A program made the translations under genes and the position numbers. This document shows, piece by piece, positions 30,052-40,979 of a stretch of 64,000 bases of DNA; position 1 is the first letter of the stretch, and each line of letters opens with the position of its first letter. The stretch comes from Endomicrobiia bacterium (lineage in GTDB: Bacteria; Elusimicrobiota; Endomicrobiia; DTEH01): assembly GCA_039630545.1 (NCBI GenBank), contig JBCNUU010000004.1, forward strand, positions 64,705 to 128,704, in the 5' to 3' direction. The notes under the pieces were generated by a model. It saw only the letters and a list, made by a program, of their open reading frames with translations, ran no database searches and was not told where the DNA came from.

Positions 30052-30564
30052 TTAAAGTCTGGTGCGAAGATATTCAAAAATATTATTTACTACTTCTTGT
30101 ATTGACAAGTTATCTGTATTTATTCTAAAATCACAATTCTTATAATATTCTTCTCTCTGATTAAGAAGTCTTTTTATTTCTTCTAAAGGGTTAGGTTTAT
30201 TAAGTAATGGCCTTATTCCTGGTTGTTTTTTTAGTCTTTCATATATCACTTCAGGACTTGCATATAGGTTAATAACTATTCCGTTTCTTCTTAAATTTTC
30301 CATATTTTCTTTTCTTATAACCACTCCTCCACCTGTAGAGATAACGGTTTTGTCTCTTTCGGACACTTCTTTTACTACATCTGATTCCACATCTCTAAAA
30401 TAATTTTCACCAAACTTATTAAAAATTTCTGAAATTGTAAGTCCTAGCTTTTTTTCAATAATTTCATCTGTATCAACATAATCATATCCAAGAATGTCTT
30501 TAAGTCTTGTTCCTACAGAAGTTTTTCCACTACACATGAAACCTGTAAGAACTATATTGACCAT
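30052..30564 (-). CDS. aroK: Shikimate kinase
   Basis: GFMCSGKT, GENYFR, STGGG, RPLL. Confidence 0.94.
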   Translation of the reverse strand: MVNIVLTGFMCSGKTSVGTRLKDILGYDYVDTDEIIEKKLGLTISEIFNKFGENYFRDVESDVVKEVSERDKTVISTGGGVVIRKENMENLRRNGIVINLYASPEVIYERLKKQPGIRPLLNKPNPLEEIKRLLNQREEYYKNCDFRINTDNLSIQEVVNNIFEYLRTRL

Positions 30565-31171
30565 CTATTGCTCCTGTGGCTTTTAAAAATTCTAAAGCAA
30601 TAACAAAATGTCCCTGCAAAGTAGGATGAATACCATCTGCAGCCCAGTATTCAGGTGACTTTATTTTTGATAACTTTTCAAATATGCTGTAGAGTGGAAC
30701 AACTATTCCGTTATATTTTTTTGACAAAAATTTAACTATCTCACATTTTTCTTCAACAGATTTTTTAATCTTTCTGTGATATTTATCTATCTCTAAAATG
30801 AAAGGTTCCATCAGGATAAAGTATGGATTTTTTAATTTTTGTTTTGATAATTTTAAAATTTCTTCATAACTTTTAAGGTAATCATCATTAGATATATTTT
30901 TGTTACAATCATTTATACCTATAAGAATAGATATCACATCCGCACCTAAATCTATACAATCATCTACCCAACGATTTTTAAGATCTAAAACAGTATCACC
31001 AGATATACCTCTGTTAAAAAATTCTAATTCTAACTGTGGATAAATCGCCTTTAACCATGCAGCAACTATAAAAACATAACCTTCTCCCAACCCAGAACTG
31101 CTATAATTCCTGTTTGAATCTGTGATGCTATCTCCCTGGAATAAAATTTTTTGTTTATACTTAAATATCAT
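30530..31171 (-). CDS. SGNH/GDSL hydrolase
   Basis: FQGDSIT, NRGISG, GIND, DGIHP. Confidence 0.9.
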   Translation of the reverse strand: MIFKYKQKILFQGDSITDSNRNYSSSGLGEGYVFIVAAWLKAIYPQLELEFFNRGISGDTVLDLKNRWVDDCIDLGADVISILIGINDCNKNISNDDYLKSYEEILKLSKQKLKNPYFILMEPFILEIDKYHRKIKKSVEEKCEIVKFLSKKYNGIVVPLYSIFEKLSKIKSPEYWAADGIHPTLQGHFVIALEFLKATGAIDGQYSSYRFHV

Positions 31172-32325
31172 AGTTTTGATATTAATTTACAAAAGTTGTT
31201 AAAATTAATGATAGTTTCTTTAAGAGAGTCTCCACCAAATTTTTCAAGAAATTCTTCAGCTAAACAAATAGCCAACATAGCTTCAGCTATTACACTACAC
31301 GAGGGAACAGCAACTATATCGCTTCTTATTATTTCTGCTTTGCACTTCTTTTTAGTTTTTAACTCCACGGTATTCAACGGAGCCATCAAAGTAGGAATCG
31401 GCTTCATTGTACATCTTATAATTATAGGCATTCCATTAGAAATACCACCTTCAATACCTCCTGCATGATTTGTTCTTCTAAAAAAGCCTTTTTTTGTAGA
31501 ATAAAAAATTTCATCATGAACTTGAGAACCATAATAATCTGAATAGTTTTTACCCAAACCTATTTCTATTGATTTCAAAGCAGGTATCGACATAAGGTAA
31601 TAAGAAATTCTTGCATTTAATCTTTTATCCCATTGTATATGGCTTCCTAAACCTACAGGAACTCCTAAAGCAAATACAACAAAATCTCCACCTAAAGTGT
31701 CTTTTTTTTCTTTAGTTTCATCTATGAGCTTTAATATCTGTTTTTCTTTATTTTTCTCCGGAAACCTTATAGATGAATTTTCTGCTAAGCAATGAAGTTT
31801 TTTTAGTTCCTTATCTTTAAAATTTATATAATTTCTTGTCAATTCTATTCTATAAATTTTTACTACAAATGAACCTATAAATATTCCAAAATTTTCCAAA
31901 AACTGTTTACATATACTACCAGCAGCTACCCTTGCTGCTGTTTCTCTAGCTGAGGCTCTTTCAGCAATATTTTTTATATCCTCAGTTAAGAACTTCAAAC
32001 AACCAGAAAGATCGGCATGTCCTGGTCTCGGTTTACTTAAAATATCTTTAATTTTTTCTCCGACAAAATCTTCTTTTCTGTAATCATTGTTGTATATCAA
32101 AATACCAATAGGAGAACCTATTGTTTGAGAATATCTTACTCCAGAAATAATTTCAAATCTATCCTCTTCAAAGTTTTGTCTGGAGCCACGTCCATATCCT
32201 TTTTTTCTTCTGTGAAGTTCTTTTTTTATTTTTTCTTCTGAAATTTTTACTCCAGCCGGAATACCTTCTATGAATGCCAATATTGCTTTATTATGAGACT
32301 CTCCTGCAGTGAAAAATTTTATCAT
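31168..32325 (-). CDS. aroC: Chorismate synthase
   Basis: TAGESH, PRPGHAD, ERASARETAARV, GGIEGG, MKPIPT. Confidence 0.95.
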   Translation of the reverse strand: MIKFFTAGESHNKAILAFIEGIPAGVKISEEKIKKELHRRKKGYGRGSRQNFEEDRFEIISGVRYSQTIGSPIGILIYNNDYRKEDFVGEKIKDILSKPRPGHADLSGCLKFLTEDIKNIAERASARETAARVAAGSICKQFLENFGIFIGSFVVKIYRIELTRNYINFKDKELKKLHCLAENSSIRFPEKNKEKQILKLIDETKEKKDTLGGDFVVFALGVPVGLGSHIQWDKRLNARISYYLMSIPALKSIEIGLGKNYSDYYGSQVHDEIFYSTKKGFFRRTNHAGGIEGGISNGMPIIIRCTMKPIPTLMAPLNTVELKTKKKCKAEIIRSDIVAVPSCSVIAEAMLAICLAEEFLEKFGGDSLKETIINFNNFCKLISKL

Positions 32326-32354
32326 AACAGTTAAATATCTCCTTTTTGAATTAT

Positions 32355-33728
32355 TTATAAAACTTTATCTATATCAAAAATTGAAGAGATAAACTGAATA
32401 TCTATGCTTTGTGAAGATAATGATATATTTTTTTTATTTTCAAAAGGTAATATCAATTTTTTATATCCTAACTTTGAAATCTCATTTAACCTCTCATTTA
32501 CAAAACTTACAGCACGAATCTCACCATTAAGCCCTATTTCTCCTATATATACATTTTTGCTATCCACAGGTATATTTTTAAAGGAAGAATATACGGCAAC
32601 AACCAAAGCTAAATCCACTGCCGTTTCTTTTATTTTCAAACCTGCAACTACACTTATATACACATCTTCATAAACTAAATTTATACCTGCAAATTTTTCT
32701 AAAACTGATAACAAAAGCATGGTTCTGTTGTAGTCTATACCTGCAACAACTCTTCTTGGCTGAGAAAAATAAGACTTTGTAATTAATGCCTGAATTTGAG
32801 TAAGTAATGGTCGTGTCCCCTCAACTATACAGGTGGTAACGGTTCCTGAAAAATTTTTATTGTGATTAACGAAAAACTCCGAAGGATTGACTACCTCTTT
32901 AAGTCCTGAAGATGTCATTTCAAATATTCCTATTTCTGAGGAAGGACCGAAACGATTTTTATAAACTCTTAATATTCTGTAGTTCTGGGTTGTTTCTGTC
33001 TCAAAATATAAAACAGTATCTACCATATGTTCTAACAATTTAGGACCAGCTATGTCACCTTCTTTTGTAATATGGCCTAAAATAAAAACAGTAATTCCTT
33101 TAAACTTAGCAAGCCTTATTATTTCAGAAGTAATCCCCCGAATTTGTGGAATGCTTCCTTGAATATTCGGTATATTTTCAGAATAAACTGTTTGAATAGA
33201 ATCTATAATCAATACATCTGGAGAAATTTCATCTACAACTTTAAGAATATTTTCTAAAGATGTTTCAGATAGTATATATATTGCTGGGTTGTTTATTTTT
33301 AATCTTTCAGCTCTAATTTTAAGCTGTTCAATGGATTCTTCTGCAGTAACATATAATACTTTGTAATTTTTGTCGTTAAATTTCTTTAGATTAGCAATAT
33401 TATCGGCAATCTGTAACATTAAAGTAGACTTTCCAACTCCCGGCTCACCACCAATAAGAACTATAGAACCATTAACTAAACCTCCACCTAATATTCTGTC
33501 TAACTCAGAAATACCTGTAGAAAATTTTATCTGTTTATCTAAGAGATTTATTTCACTTAACTTAACAGCTTCTGAAGAAAAGCTAGTAATACTTTTAAGG
33601 GTATTGTTCATCCTAAACTCAGTAAAACTATTCCAGCTACCACACTCAGGACATCTCCCTAACCACTTAAGACTTTCGTAACCGCATTCCTTACAAACAA
33701 AATGTGTTTCTTTTATATTTTTTTTCAT
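32355..33728 (-). CDS. radA: DNA repair protein RadA/Sms
   Basis: C4 zinc finger, GEPGVGKS, KNRFG. Confidence 0.95.
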   Translation of the reverse strand: MKKNIKETHFVCKECGYESLKWLGRCPECGSWNSFTEFRMNNTLKSITSFSSEAVKLSEINLLDKQIKFSTGISELDRILGGGLVNGSIVLIGGEPGVGKSTLMLQIADNIANLKKFNDKNYKVLYVTAEESIEQLKIRAERLKINNPAIYILSETSLENILKVVDEISPDVLIIDSIQTVYSENIPNIQGSIPQIRGITSEIIRLAKFKGITVFILGHITKEGDIAGPKLLEHMVDTVLYFETETTQNYRILRVYKNRFGPSSEIGIFEMTSSGLKEVVNPSEFFVNHNKNFSGTVTTCIVEGTRPLLTQIQALITKSYFSQPRRVVAGIDYNRTMLLLSVLEKFAGINLVYEDVYISVVAGLKIKETAVDLALVVAVYSSFKNIPVDSKNVYIGEIGLNGEIRAVSFVNERLNEISKLGYKKLILPFENKKNISLSSQSIDIQFISSIFDIDKVL

Positions 33729-33730
33729 TT

Positions 33731-35545
33731 TTATAATTTCATTAATTCAATAAATGTCTCTTTAGGAATCTCAACAGAACCTATTTGCTTCATTCTTTTT
33801 TTGCCTTCTTTTTGTTTTTCTAAAAGCTTTCTTTTTCGAGTCACATCTCCTCCATAACATTTAGCTAAAACATCTTTTTTCAAGGCAGGAATGTCTTCTC
33901 TTGCTATTATTTTACCCTGACATTTTACTTGTAAAGGAATAGTAAAAAGATGTCTCGGGATTGTCTTTTTTAGTTTTTCAAGAATTTTTAATGCTGTAGA
34001 GTATGCTTTATCTTTATGAGATATATAACAAAAAGAATCTACAAGTTCTCCGTTTACTAATACCTCAAGCTTTACGAGGTCTGCTTCTTTAAATCCAATT
34101 TGCTGATAATCAAAAGAAGCATATCCTTTAGAAACCGATTTTATAGCATCAAAAAAATTAACTATTATTTCACTCAAAGGTATTTCTAACTCTACAACTA
34201 CATGTCTTTCATCTATAAAATCCTGATTTAAAACTTCTGCACGAAACTGTTTGCATGTTTCTATTACATTGCTTAAGTATTCTAAGGGTGTTATAACAGT
34301 AGTTTTTGTAATTGGTTCATATATTTTTTTTATTTGAAAATAATCTGGAAAGTCAGAATAGGTATTTACTATTTTTTCTTCACCATTCTGTAAGACAATT
34401 TTGTATTCAACATTCGGAAATGTCACTATTAAATCTAATTTATACTCTCTTTCTAATCTTTCTTTTACTATTTCAAGGTGCAAAGAACCCAGAAATCCAC
34501 AATGAAAACCAGCACCAAGAACTTTTGAAGATGTCGGTTTAAATTGTAAAGAATAGTCGGTTAGATGAAGCTTCTGAAGAGATATTTTTAAATGGTCATA
34601 ATCTTTGGGACTTAATGGATATATCCCAGCAAAAACAAATGGTTTAGCTTCCTTGTGTTCAGGAATTTTATTTTTTAAAAATTCTAATTCCTGTTGAGAT
34701 AAATTAATGTCAGTAATTATATCACCTATTTTCACATGATGAATATCTTTTATACCTGCTATTATGTATCCTACCTCTCCTGAAATAAGTTTATCTGTAG
34801 GAGTTAACTCTAATTTTATATAGCCGATTTCTTCAATTTTATAAACTTTATTCTCATCAAATGAGGAAAAAAACTTAAAATACATGTTTTTTTTAATTTC
34901 TCCACTTATTACTTTTACATACATTACTACAAACCTGTAGGTATCATAAAAAGCATCAAAAACCAATGCTGTGGTACATTTTAAATCTTCATATACTTTA
35001 GGTGGGGGAAAACTGTTTATTATCTCTATAAGTAACTCTTTTATACCATATCCTAATTTTGCACTTACAAGAATTGGTTTAGTGTTTATTTTCAAAAAAT
35101 CTTTTATTTGTTGCTGAGTAGCTTCAACATTTGCATTTTGAAGATCTATTTTATTTATTACAGGCAAAATTTTAAGTCCTGCCTTTTTAGCTATAACTGC
35201 ATTAGAAACTGTCTGAGCCTCCACACCCTGAGTAGCGTCAACCACTAAAATTGCTCCTTCACATGCATTAACTACTCTTATTACTTCATATGTAAAATCT
35301 ACATGACCAGGTGTATCAATTAAATTTAGAATATATTTTTGACTATTATAAAAATATTCCATTCTTATTGTTTTGGATCTTATAGTTATACCTCTTTCTC
35401 TTTCTAAATCCATACTATCTAATATCTGATCATGCATTAGCCTTTCAGGAACTGTATTGGTCAATTCTAAAAGTCTATCTGCTAGGGTGGATTTTCCATG
35501 ATCAATATGTGCTATTATGCAAAAATTTCTAATTTTGTCTATCAT
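33731..35545 (-). CDS. lepA: Elongation factor 4
   Basis: AHIDHGKSTLAD, DTPGH, KCYGGDVTRKRKLLEKQK. Confidence 0.96.
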   Translation of the reverse strand: MIDKIRNFCIIAHIDHGKSTLADRLLELTNTVPERLMHDQILDSMDLERERGITIRSKTIRMEYFYNSQKYILNLIDTPGHVDFTYEVIRVVNACEGAILVVDATQGVEAQTVSNAVIAKKAGLKILPVINKIDLQNANVEATQQQIKDFLKINTKPILVSAKLGYGIKELLIEIINSFPPPKVYEDLKCTTALVFDAFYDTYRFVVMYVKVISGEIKKNMYFKFFSSFDENKVYKIEEIGYIKLELTPTDKLISGEVGYIIAGIKDIHHVKIGDIITDINLSQQELEFLKNKIPEHKEAKPFVFAGIYPLSPKDYDHLKISLQKLHLTDYSLQFKPTSSKVLGAGFHCGFLGSLHLEIVKERLEREYKLDLIVTFPNVEYKIVLQNGEEKIVNTYSDFPDYFQIKKIYEPITKTTVITPLEYLSNVIETCKQFRAEVLNQDFIDERHVVVELEIPLSEIIVNFFDAIKSVSKGYASFDYQQIGFKEADLVKLEVLVNGELVDSFCYISHKDKAYSTALKILEKLKKTIPRHLFTIPLQVKCQGKIIAREDIPALKKDVLAKCYGGDVTRKRKLLEKQKEGKKRMKQIGSVEIPKETFIELMKL

Positions 35546-35557
35546 ATTAATTTTTAT

Positions 35558-37309
35558 TTATATTTCAGAAGGATGCTTTTTTTCTAAAACTTCTCTTATT
35601 TTTTTATAATCGTCAGTTAAAAAAATCTCTTCAATTAAACCTTTTGCTTCGGAAAAAGTTGTAGATCTTATAACTTTTTTTAATTTCAGTACAGAAGCAG
35701 GTGGAACACTTAACTCATCTATTTCTAATCCAATTAATACTTTAGTAAATCCAACATCAGCAGCCATTTCTCCACAAATTGAAACTGGCTTTTTGTTTTT
35801 ATGAGCTGCCTCTACTATATGTTTTATCATTCTCAAAACAGAAATATGCAATGGTTCATAAAGTTCAGCTACATTCTCGTTATGTCTGTCAACTGCTAAT
35901 GTAAACTGAATTAAATCATTTGTGCCAATAGATACAAAGTCCACTTTTTTTGACAAAATATCACAAGCAATAGCTGCTGAAGGTGTTTCTATCATTATAC
36001 CAACAGGTATATTTTCATCAAACTTTATATTTTGTTGTTTTAATTCATTTTTTATTTCTTGCAAAAACTTCTTTAATTCTTCAACTTCCTTTATGGTAGA
36101 AATCAAAGGGAACATAATTTTAACGTTTTTTTTATAAGATGCTCTAAGAATTGCTCTTATCTGTGTTTTAAATATATCTTTATACTTAAAAGCAAGTCTT
36201 ATCCCTCTCAAACCTAAAGCAGGCACACTTTCTGGGATAACACCTTCTAAACCTAATTTAGAAAGTTTATCTGAACCAATATCAAATGTCCTGATAGTTA
36301 CTGGATATGGATACATTTTTTCTACCACATATTTATAGTCTCTGAAAAGTTCTTCTTCCGAAGGCAAACTTGTTCTGCTAATATATTGATATTCTGTCCT
36401 ATAAAGACCTATGCCCTCTGCTGCACAACTAATAACTGCATCTATTTCTTTTGGGGAATCTATGTTGCATACAAGTCCAATTTTTCTATGATCTATCGTT
36501 TCACAAGAAAGTGTTTTCAAAGAAATGAGCATCTCTTTTTCCTTAAGAAGCTTTTTATGTAATTCTTCATATCTTCTTTTTGTTTCATTAGATGGATTTA
36601 ATATAACTATGCCCTTAAATGCATCTATAATAATATCATCACCCTCTTCTATATCTTCAGAAGTAATGCCTCTTAGACCAACTACAGAAGGAACTTCTAA
36701 ACCTTGAGAAGCAATTGAAACATGGGAAGTTTTAGTCCCAACTTCTATTACAAAACCTTTACATTTTTTTTCTTTTATTACAATTACATCATGTGGATTT
36801 AAAGTATGAGCTATTATTATATCATCCTGTGTTGCATTTTCTAAGCTTTTTCTTTGTTTACCTGTAATGTTTCTAAAAAGTTTTCTGCCAACATCATGAA
36901 TATCAGTGGATCTTCCTTTAAAATATTCATCCTCAGACATTTCAAACATTTGAATTACACGATTAAGAGCACTACTTAAAGCATATTCAATGCTTAACTC
37001 CTGCTCTTCCACCATTCTAATAACATCGCTTGTAAATAATTTATCTTCTAATATAGTAACATATCCTTCAATTAAATCTGCATGTTGTTTACCAAGAGCC
37101 TTAAGGATTCTATCTTTTGTATCCATAAGCTGCTTTTTTGTTAACTCTAATGCTTCTTTATATCTAGTTATTTCTTTTTTGATATTTTCTTTTGGAATTT
37201 TTTTCACAGGAATAAAAAATAAATCTTCGCCTTGTTCAAGTAAAAATGCTTTTCCTATGGCTATCCCTTCACAACCACTTATTCCTGTTAATATCTTTTC
37301 TTTTTTCAT
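35558..37309 (-). CDS. ptsI: PTS enzyme I
   Basis: TSHVSI phospho-His, GLYRTE, GLRGIR, SIGTNDL, CGEMA. Confidence 0.94.
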   Translation of the reverse strand: MKKEKILTGISGCEGIAIGKAFLLEQGEDLFFIPVKKIPKENIKKEITRYKEALELTKKQLMDTKDRILKALGKQHADLIEGYVTILEDKLFTSDVIRMVEEQELSIEYALSSALNRVIQMFEMSEDEYFKGRSTDIHDVGRKLFRNITGKQRKSLENATQDDIIIAHTLNPHDVIVIKEKKCKGFVIEVGTKTSHVSIASQGLEVPSVVGLRGITSEDIEEGDDIIIDAFKGIVILNPSNETKRRYEELHKKLLKEKEMLISLKTLSCETIDHRKIGLVCNIDSPKEIDAVISCAAEGIGLYRTEYQYISRTSLPSEEELFRDYKYVVEKMYPYPVTIRTFDIGSDKLSKLGLEGVIPESVPALGLRGIRLAFKYKDIFKTQIRAILRASYKKNVKIMFPLISTIKEVEELKKFLQEIKNELKQQNIKFDENIPVGIMIETPSAAIACDILSKKVDFVSIGTNDLIQFTLAVDRHNENVAELYEPLHISVLRMIKHIVEAAHKNKKPVSICGEMAADVGFTKVLIGLEIDELSVPPASVLKLKKVIRSTTFSEAKGLIEEIFLTDDYKKIREVLEKKHPSEI

Positions 37310-37560
37310 ATTGACTTAAAAAATTCTTTTATATCAACCATAGCTTCTTTTTCATCTTCTCCATCAACTATTACTTTTATTTTATCACCACATGTAATTA
37401 CTAATGCTAAAACCTCTAAAACACTTTTAGCATCTGCTATTTGGTTTCCTTTTATTATTTTTATATCAGATTTATATTTCGAAGTAACACTTATAAGTCT
37501 ACTTACGGGTCTAATATGTAATCCTAATTCATCATTAACAGTAAATTCTTCTTCTATCAT
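37306..37560 (-). CDS. ptsH: Phosphocarrier protein HPr
   Basis: GLHIRP (His15), DAKS (Ser46); start ATG 37560 is coupled to the upstream TAA (TAATG). Confidence 0.9.
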   Translation of the reverse strand: MIEEEFTVNDELGLHIRPVSRLISVTSKYKSDIKIIKGNQIADAKSVLEVLALVITCGDKIKVIVDGEDEKEAMVDIKEFFKSI

Positions 37561-38318
37561 TACTTTATTACCAACCAATAAAATAAAAAATTAACTAAAA
37601 ACAAAAAAACAACAACTAAACTCCAATTAATTTTTCTACTTAACAACATGGACAAAAAAATATTAAACCAAAAAAGAATTACATCCCTTTTTATATCTAA
37701 TAGAGATAAACTATAAACAAAAGAAACTATTAAAAGTATTATTATTCCCAAACTTCTTATTAACTTTACAACCTTCTGTGGCCCAAATTTTGCAATTTTT
37801 TCTATTATCTGATAACTGTAGTGATAGCCCAAATATAATCCAACTATTCTTATAGGGATATGACCTATTAAATTGTATATAAGCAAAAATCCAATCAAAC
37901 CTGGCAAAATATTCAATTCATTATAGAAATTTTTACCATGAAGCAAAAAATAACTACAAACTAAAACACTGCAAAAAACTCGCCAGCTAGACCATATAAG
38001 TCTGTCTCCTATAGCCGCAACAGGCCCTGCAAGCATAGTTTTATTTCTTATTACTTCATCCTGGCTGACTTCACCTTTAAGATATTTTTCTTCCATCTTC
38101 ATAGTTATACCTAAAATTATACTTGCAAAATATGGATGCGTATTAAAAAAACCAAAATGTAGTTTCACTTTTTTTGCTAATTTTTCTTTATCTTTATACA
38201 ATCTTTTTAAAAATGGAATAATACTAAATGCAAACCCAACATTCTGCATACGTTCATAATTCCAGACACACTCTAAAAAAAGACTTCTTATAAAAACACA
38301 AAAAATTGATGATTTCAT
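37560..38318 (-). CDS. Mannose-family PTS EIID
   Basis: WNYERMQNVGF, FFNTHP, GPVAAIGD. Confidence 0.88.
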   Translation of the reverse strand: MKSSIFCVFIRSLFLECVWNYERMQNVGFAFSIIPFLKRLYKDKEKLAKKVKLHFGFFNTHPYFASIILGITMKMEEKYLKGEVSQDEVIRNKTMLAGPVAAIGDRLIWSSWRVFCSVLVCSYFLLHGKNFYNELNILPGLIGFLLIYNLIGHIPIRIVGLYLGYHYSYQIIEKIAKFGPQKVVKLIRSLGIIILLIVSFVYSLSLLDIKRDVILFWFNIFLSMLLSRKINWSLVVVFLFLVNFLFYWLVIK

Positions 38319-38325
38319 TTAAGAA

Positions 38326-38934
38326 TCATTTTTCAAGAAAATGATTAATACATATACCTATTCCTAAAGCAGGTAAAATACTTATTAAACTATGCACATC
38401 AAAAATTATCCTTGATGGCAAAAACTTACATAACACACATAACAAATACCCTAAAGAGGAAAAGGAAATAAGATAAAACAGTACTGTCCTTAAATATGTG
38501 AAAATTATCCCATAAAATATCAAAAGGTTTATTCTTTTAATCACAACTTCATTTTTTGCAGTGTCTACCCAGCTTAATACAACTGAGTTTAAAGAACGGG
38601 TAAGCATATCTACATATTTATATAAAAATCCTATAAAAAATCCAAATATTAAAGATAATATCAGACATCCACTAATCTCAAAACCCACAATACTAAAAAC
38701 AGTAGAAGATGTTGCATCTACTGGAACTTTGATTCCCACAGGTATTTCTATAATATATAACAATTCAAATAAAACTCCTATAAGTAAACCATATTGAGGA
38801 ATACCTAAAAAATATCCAAAAATTCCTCCTACAACTATGGGTCTGCTTATCATAAATTGTCCAAAAACTAAAATATCCAAATGAATCAAACCAGCCAATA
38901 AAGACGAAACCAAAATTTTAAAACTAACAAACAT
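38326..38934 (-). CDS. Mannose-family PTS EIIC (short)
   Basis: QFMISRPIVVG..G, GLLIGVLFEL, PVG; hydrophobic. Confidence 0.8.
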   Translation of the reverse strand: MFVSFKILVSSLLAGLIHLDILVFGQFMISRPIVVGGIFGYFLGIPQYGLLIGVLFELLYIIEIPVGIKVPVDATSSTVFSIVGFEISGCLILSLIFGFFIGFLYKYVDMLTRSLNSVVLSWVDTAKNEVVIKRINLLIFYGIIFTYLRTVLFYLISFSSLGYLLCVLCKFLPSRIIFDVHSLISILPALGIGICINHFLEK

Positions 38935-38936
38935 AT

Positions 38937-40979
38937 TTATTTCACCTTTAAAGTTATTTCCGTATGATATGATTGCAAAGGTAAAACTTCAAACTCAAAT
39001 CTACATCCTATACATACCCCCTGATAATTTCTCTCAAAACCTGCTTCTGAAAGAGAAATCGTTTCTATAGGAAATCTCCAAAATTTTATATCATAGGGTG
39101 AGAGAACTTCTATTTTAAAGTGTTTAATGTTGTCTTTAAATTCTAATTTATTAGTAACCTCTTCTTTTATTTCTTGTTGACTATCTCCAAAAATCAAAAA
39201 ATTAAACTCTACAAGAAAACATAAACTGCTGAGATCTTTTGAGGATATATTTTTTATAACATATTTGCATGTGATACTATCATCTTTAAAGAAATATTTT
39301 TTTTGTACTTCTATTTTATATTTTATGTCTTTAAAAATACAACCCACCCTTGAAAGCTCAACCTCAAAAGACTCTTTGTCTATATTATTTACTTTATAAC
39401 TTTCTAATGTAAAATCTCCTAAATCCTTATATCTGGCTTTGTAGAAATCTTCAATTGTAATATCTTTATCTAAAAAATGATCTAAGAAACTATATCTGTT
39501 GTGCCAGTCATAGTAGATTTTCTCAGATAAATTCTTTTCTTTAGTTAAAACTATATCATGAATTGTTTTTACATCTTCAATATTATTTTTAAAATTATTT
39601 TTTTCAAATTCTAAAAGTCTATGATGATATGCTTCCTTTTTTCTTGATAAGACATTTAGAAGATTTTTATTGTAGTTTTTAAGGTCTATCTCATAAATAC
39701 AACCACCATAAGAAGGTTTTATATAAGAAATAATATTTTTTGTTGAAACACATATTTCATCGTGAGTGTCTATATCAAAATCTTTAACATAAATTCCTTC
39801 TTTAAGAATTTCTTTTTCAACATCTATAAGATTTTCATAAACTGCTTCTCTTAAATGGGGTAAATAAAGCCCACCAAAAACTCCATGCCAATAAGCACAG
39901 TTGCATTGTGCTTTATATAGTTTTTTAATTAATGTTTTTTTAGTTTTTTTAAGTTCAACAGACAAATTTATCATCTTTTTATGCATATTATTTGCTTCTG
40001 GATACTTACTTAAGAAGTTTTTCCAATAACCACCATGGATAAACTGTTTTAATACTTCTTTATTAGAGATACTCTCTATTTCTTTTATTAATTTTTCAAA
40101 TAACATCTGAGTAGAAGTAGGAAGTGTCCATTCTCCCATTTCAAAATAAGATGCTGTAGGTAGATATATTCTATCTTTGGGAGGTTTTAATTCAATAAAC
40201 TCAGAAAAAGTAAGCGTTTCTAACCACTCATTATTTTCTACTATTTTTTCTAAAAAGTTTCTAAGCCACTTATTTTCATACACATGTTCATAAGTTTTAG
40301 GCCATACTCCAAATTTCTCCCCATCATCACCCATGGTTACAGAAACCGGAGTTGATAAATTATCTTTAAAATTGGAAAAAAATATAATATTTTCTTCTAC
40401 GCTTTTAAAAGGTATATAGTATCTAAGAGTCTGTAATATCGGAAAAACATAAAGTGATCTTCCTTCTTCTTCAGTCAAATAGTAATCTGTAAGTACAGGA
40501 TTTTCTAATCTGTTTATACCGGCCATGTAAAATATATAGTCATCAACCAAAGTATATTTCAGTCCACACTCAGCTATATCTTTAACTATATTTTGTTCCC
40601 ATACTCTTTCTGTAAGCCATAAACCTTTAGGCTCTATATCAAATGTTTTAAATATAAACTCATTCATCATCATTATCTGTCCATAACGGTCTTTTTGTAA
40701 AATAGCACTTAAAATCGGCTCATAATACCCTCCCGAAAAAATCTCAACCTGTTTTCTTTTAACCATTTCTTTAACTTTTTCTATATATTCTGGATGTTTA
40801 TCTTTGAAGTAATCCCAGAGTATACCTGAACAATGTAGTGAGAATTTTATCTTCGGATATTCAAATAGCAAATCTATAAATGGTTTATATGCTTTGTTAT
40901 AAGCTTCCTCAATCACACTTTCAAAATTTCCAACTGGTTGATGATTATGAATGCATAGAAGAAAATATAATTTGTTCAT
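38937..40979 (-). CDS. GH57 4-alpha-glucanotransferase/alpha-amylase
   Basis: HNHQP, WLTERVWE (nucleophile E), GDDGEKFG (acid/base D), AQCNCAYWHG; no signal peptide. Confidence 0.88.
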   Translation of the reverse strand: MNKLYFLLCIHNHQPVGNFESVIEEAYNKAYKPFIDLLFEYPKIKFSLHCSGILWDYFKDKHPEYIEKVKEMVKRKQVEIFSGGYYEPILSAILQKDRYGQIMMMNEFIFKTFDIEPKGLWLTERVWEQNIVKDIAECGLKYTLVDDYIFYMAGINRLENPVLTDYYLTEEEGRSLYVFPILQTLRYYIPFKSVEENIIFFSNFKDNLSTPVSVTMGDDGEKFGVWPKTYEHVYENKWLRNFLEKIVENNEWLETLTFSEFIELKPPKDRIYLPTASYFEMGEWTLPTSTQMLFEKLIKEIESISNKEVLKQFIHGGYWKNFLSKYPEANNMHKKMINLSVELKKTKKTLIKKLYKAQCNCAYWHGVFGGLYLPHLREAVYENLIDVEKEILKEGIYVKDFDIDTHDEICVSTKNIISYIKPSYGGCIYEIDLKNYNKNLLNVLSRKKEAYHHRLLEFEKNNFKNNIEDVKTIHDIVLTKEKNLSEKIYYDWHNRYSFLDHFLDKDITIEDFYKARYKDLGDFTLESYKVNNIDKESFEVELSRVGCIFKDIKYKIEVQKKYFFKDDSITCKYVIKNISSKDLSSLCFLVEFNFLIFGDSQQEIKEEVTNKLEFKDNIKHFKIEVLSPYDIKFWRFPIETISLSEAGFERNYQGVCIGCRFEFEVLPLQSYHTEITLKVK

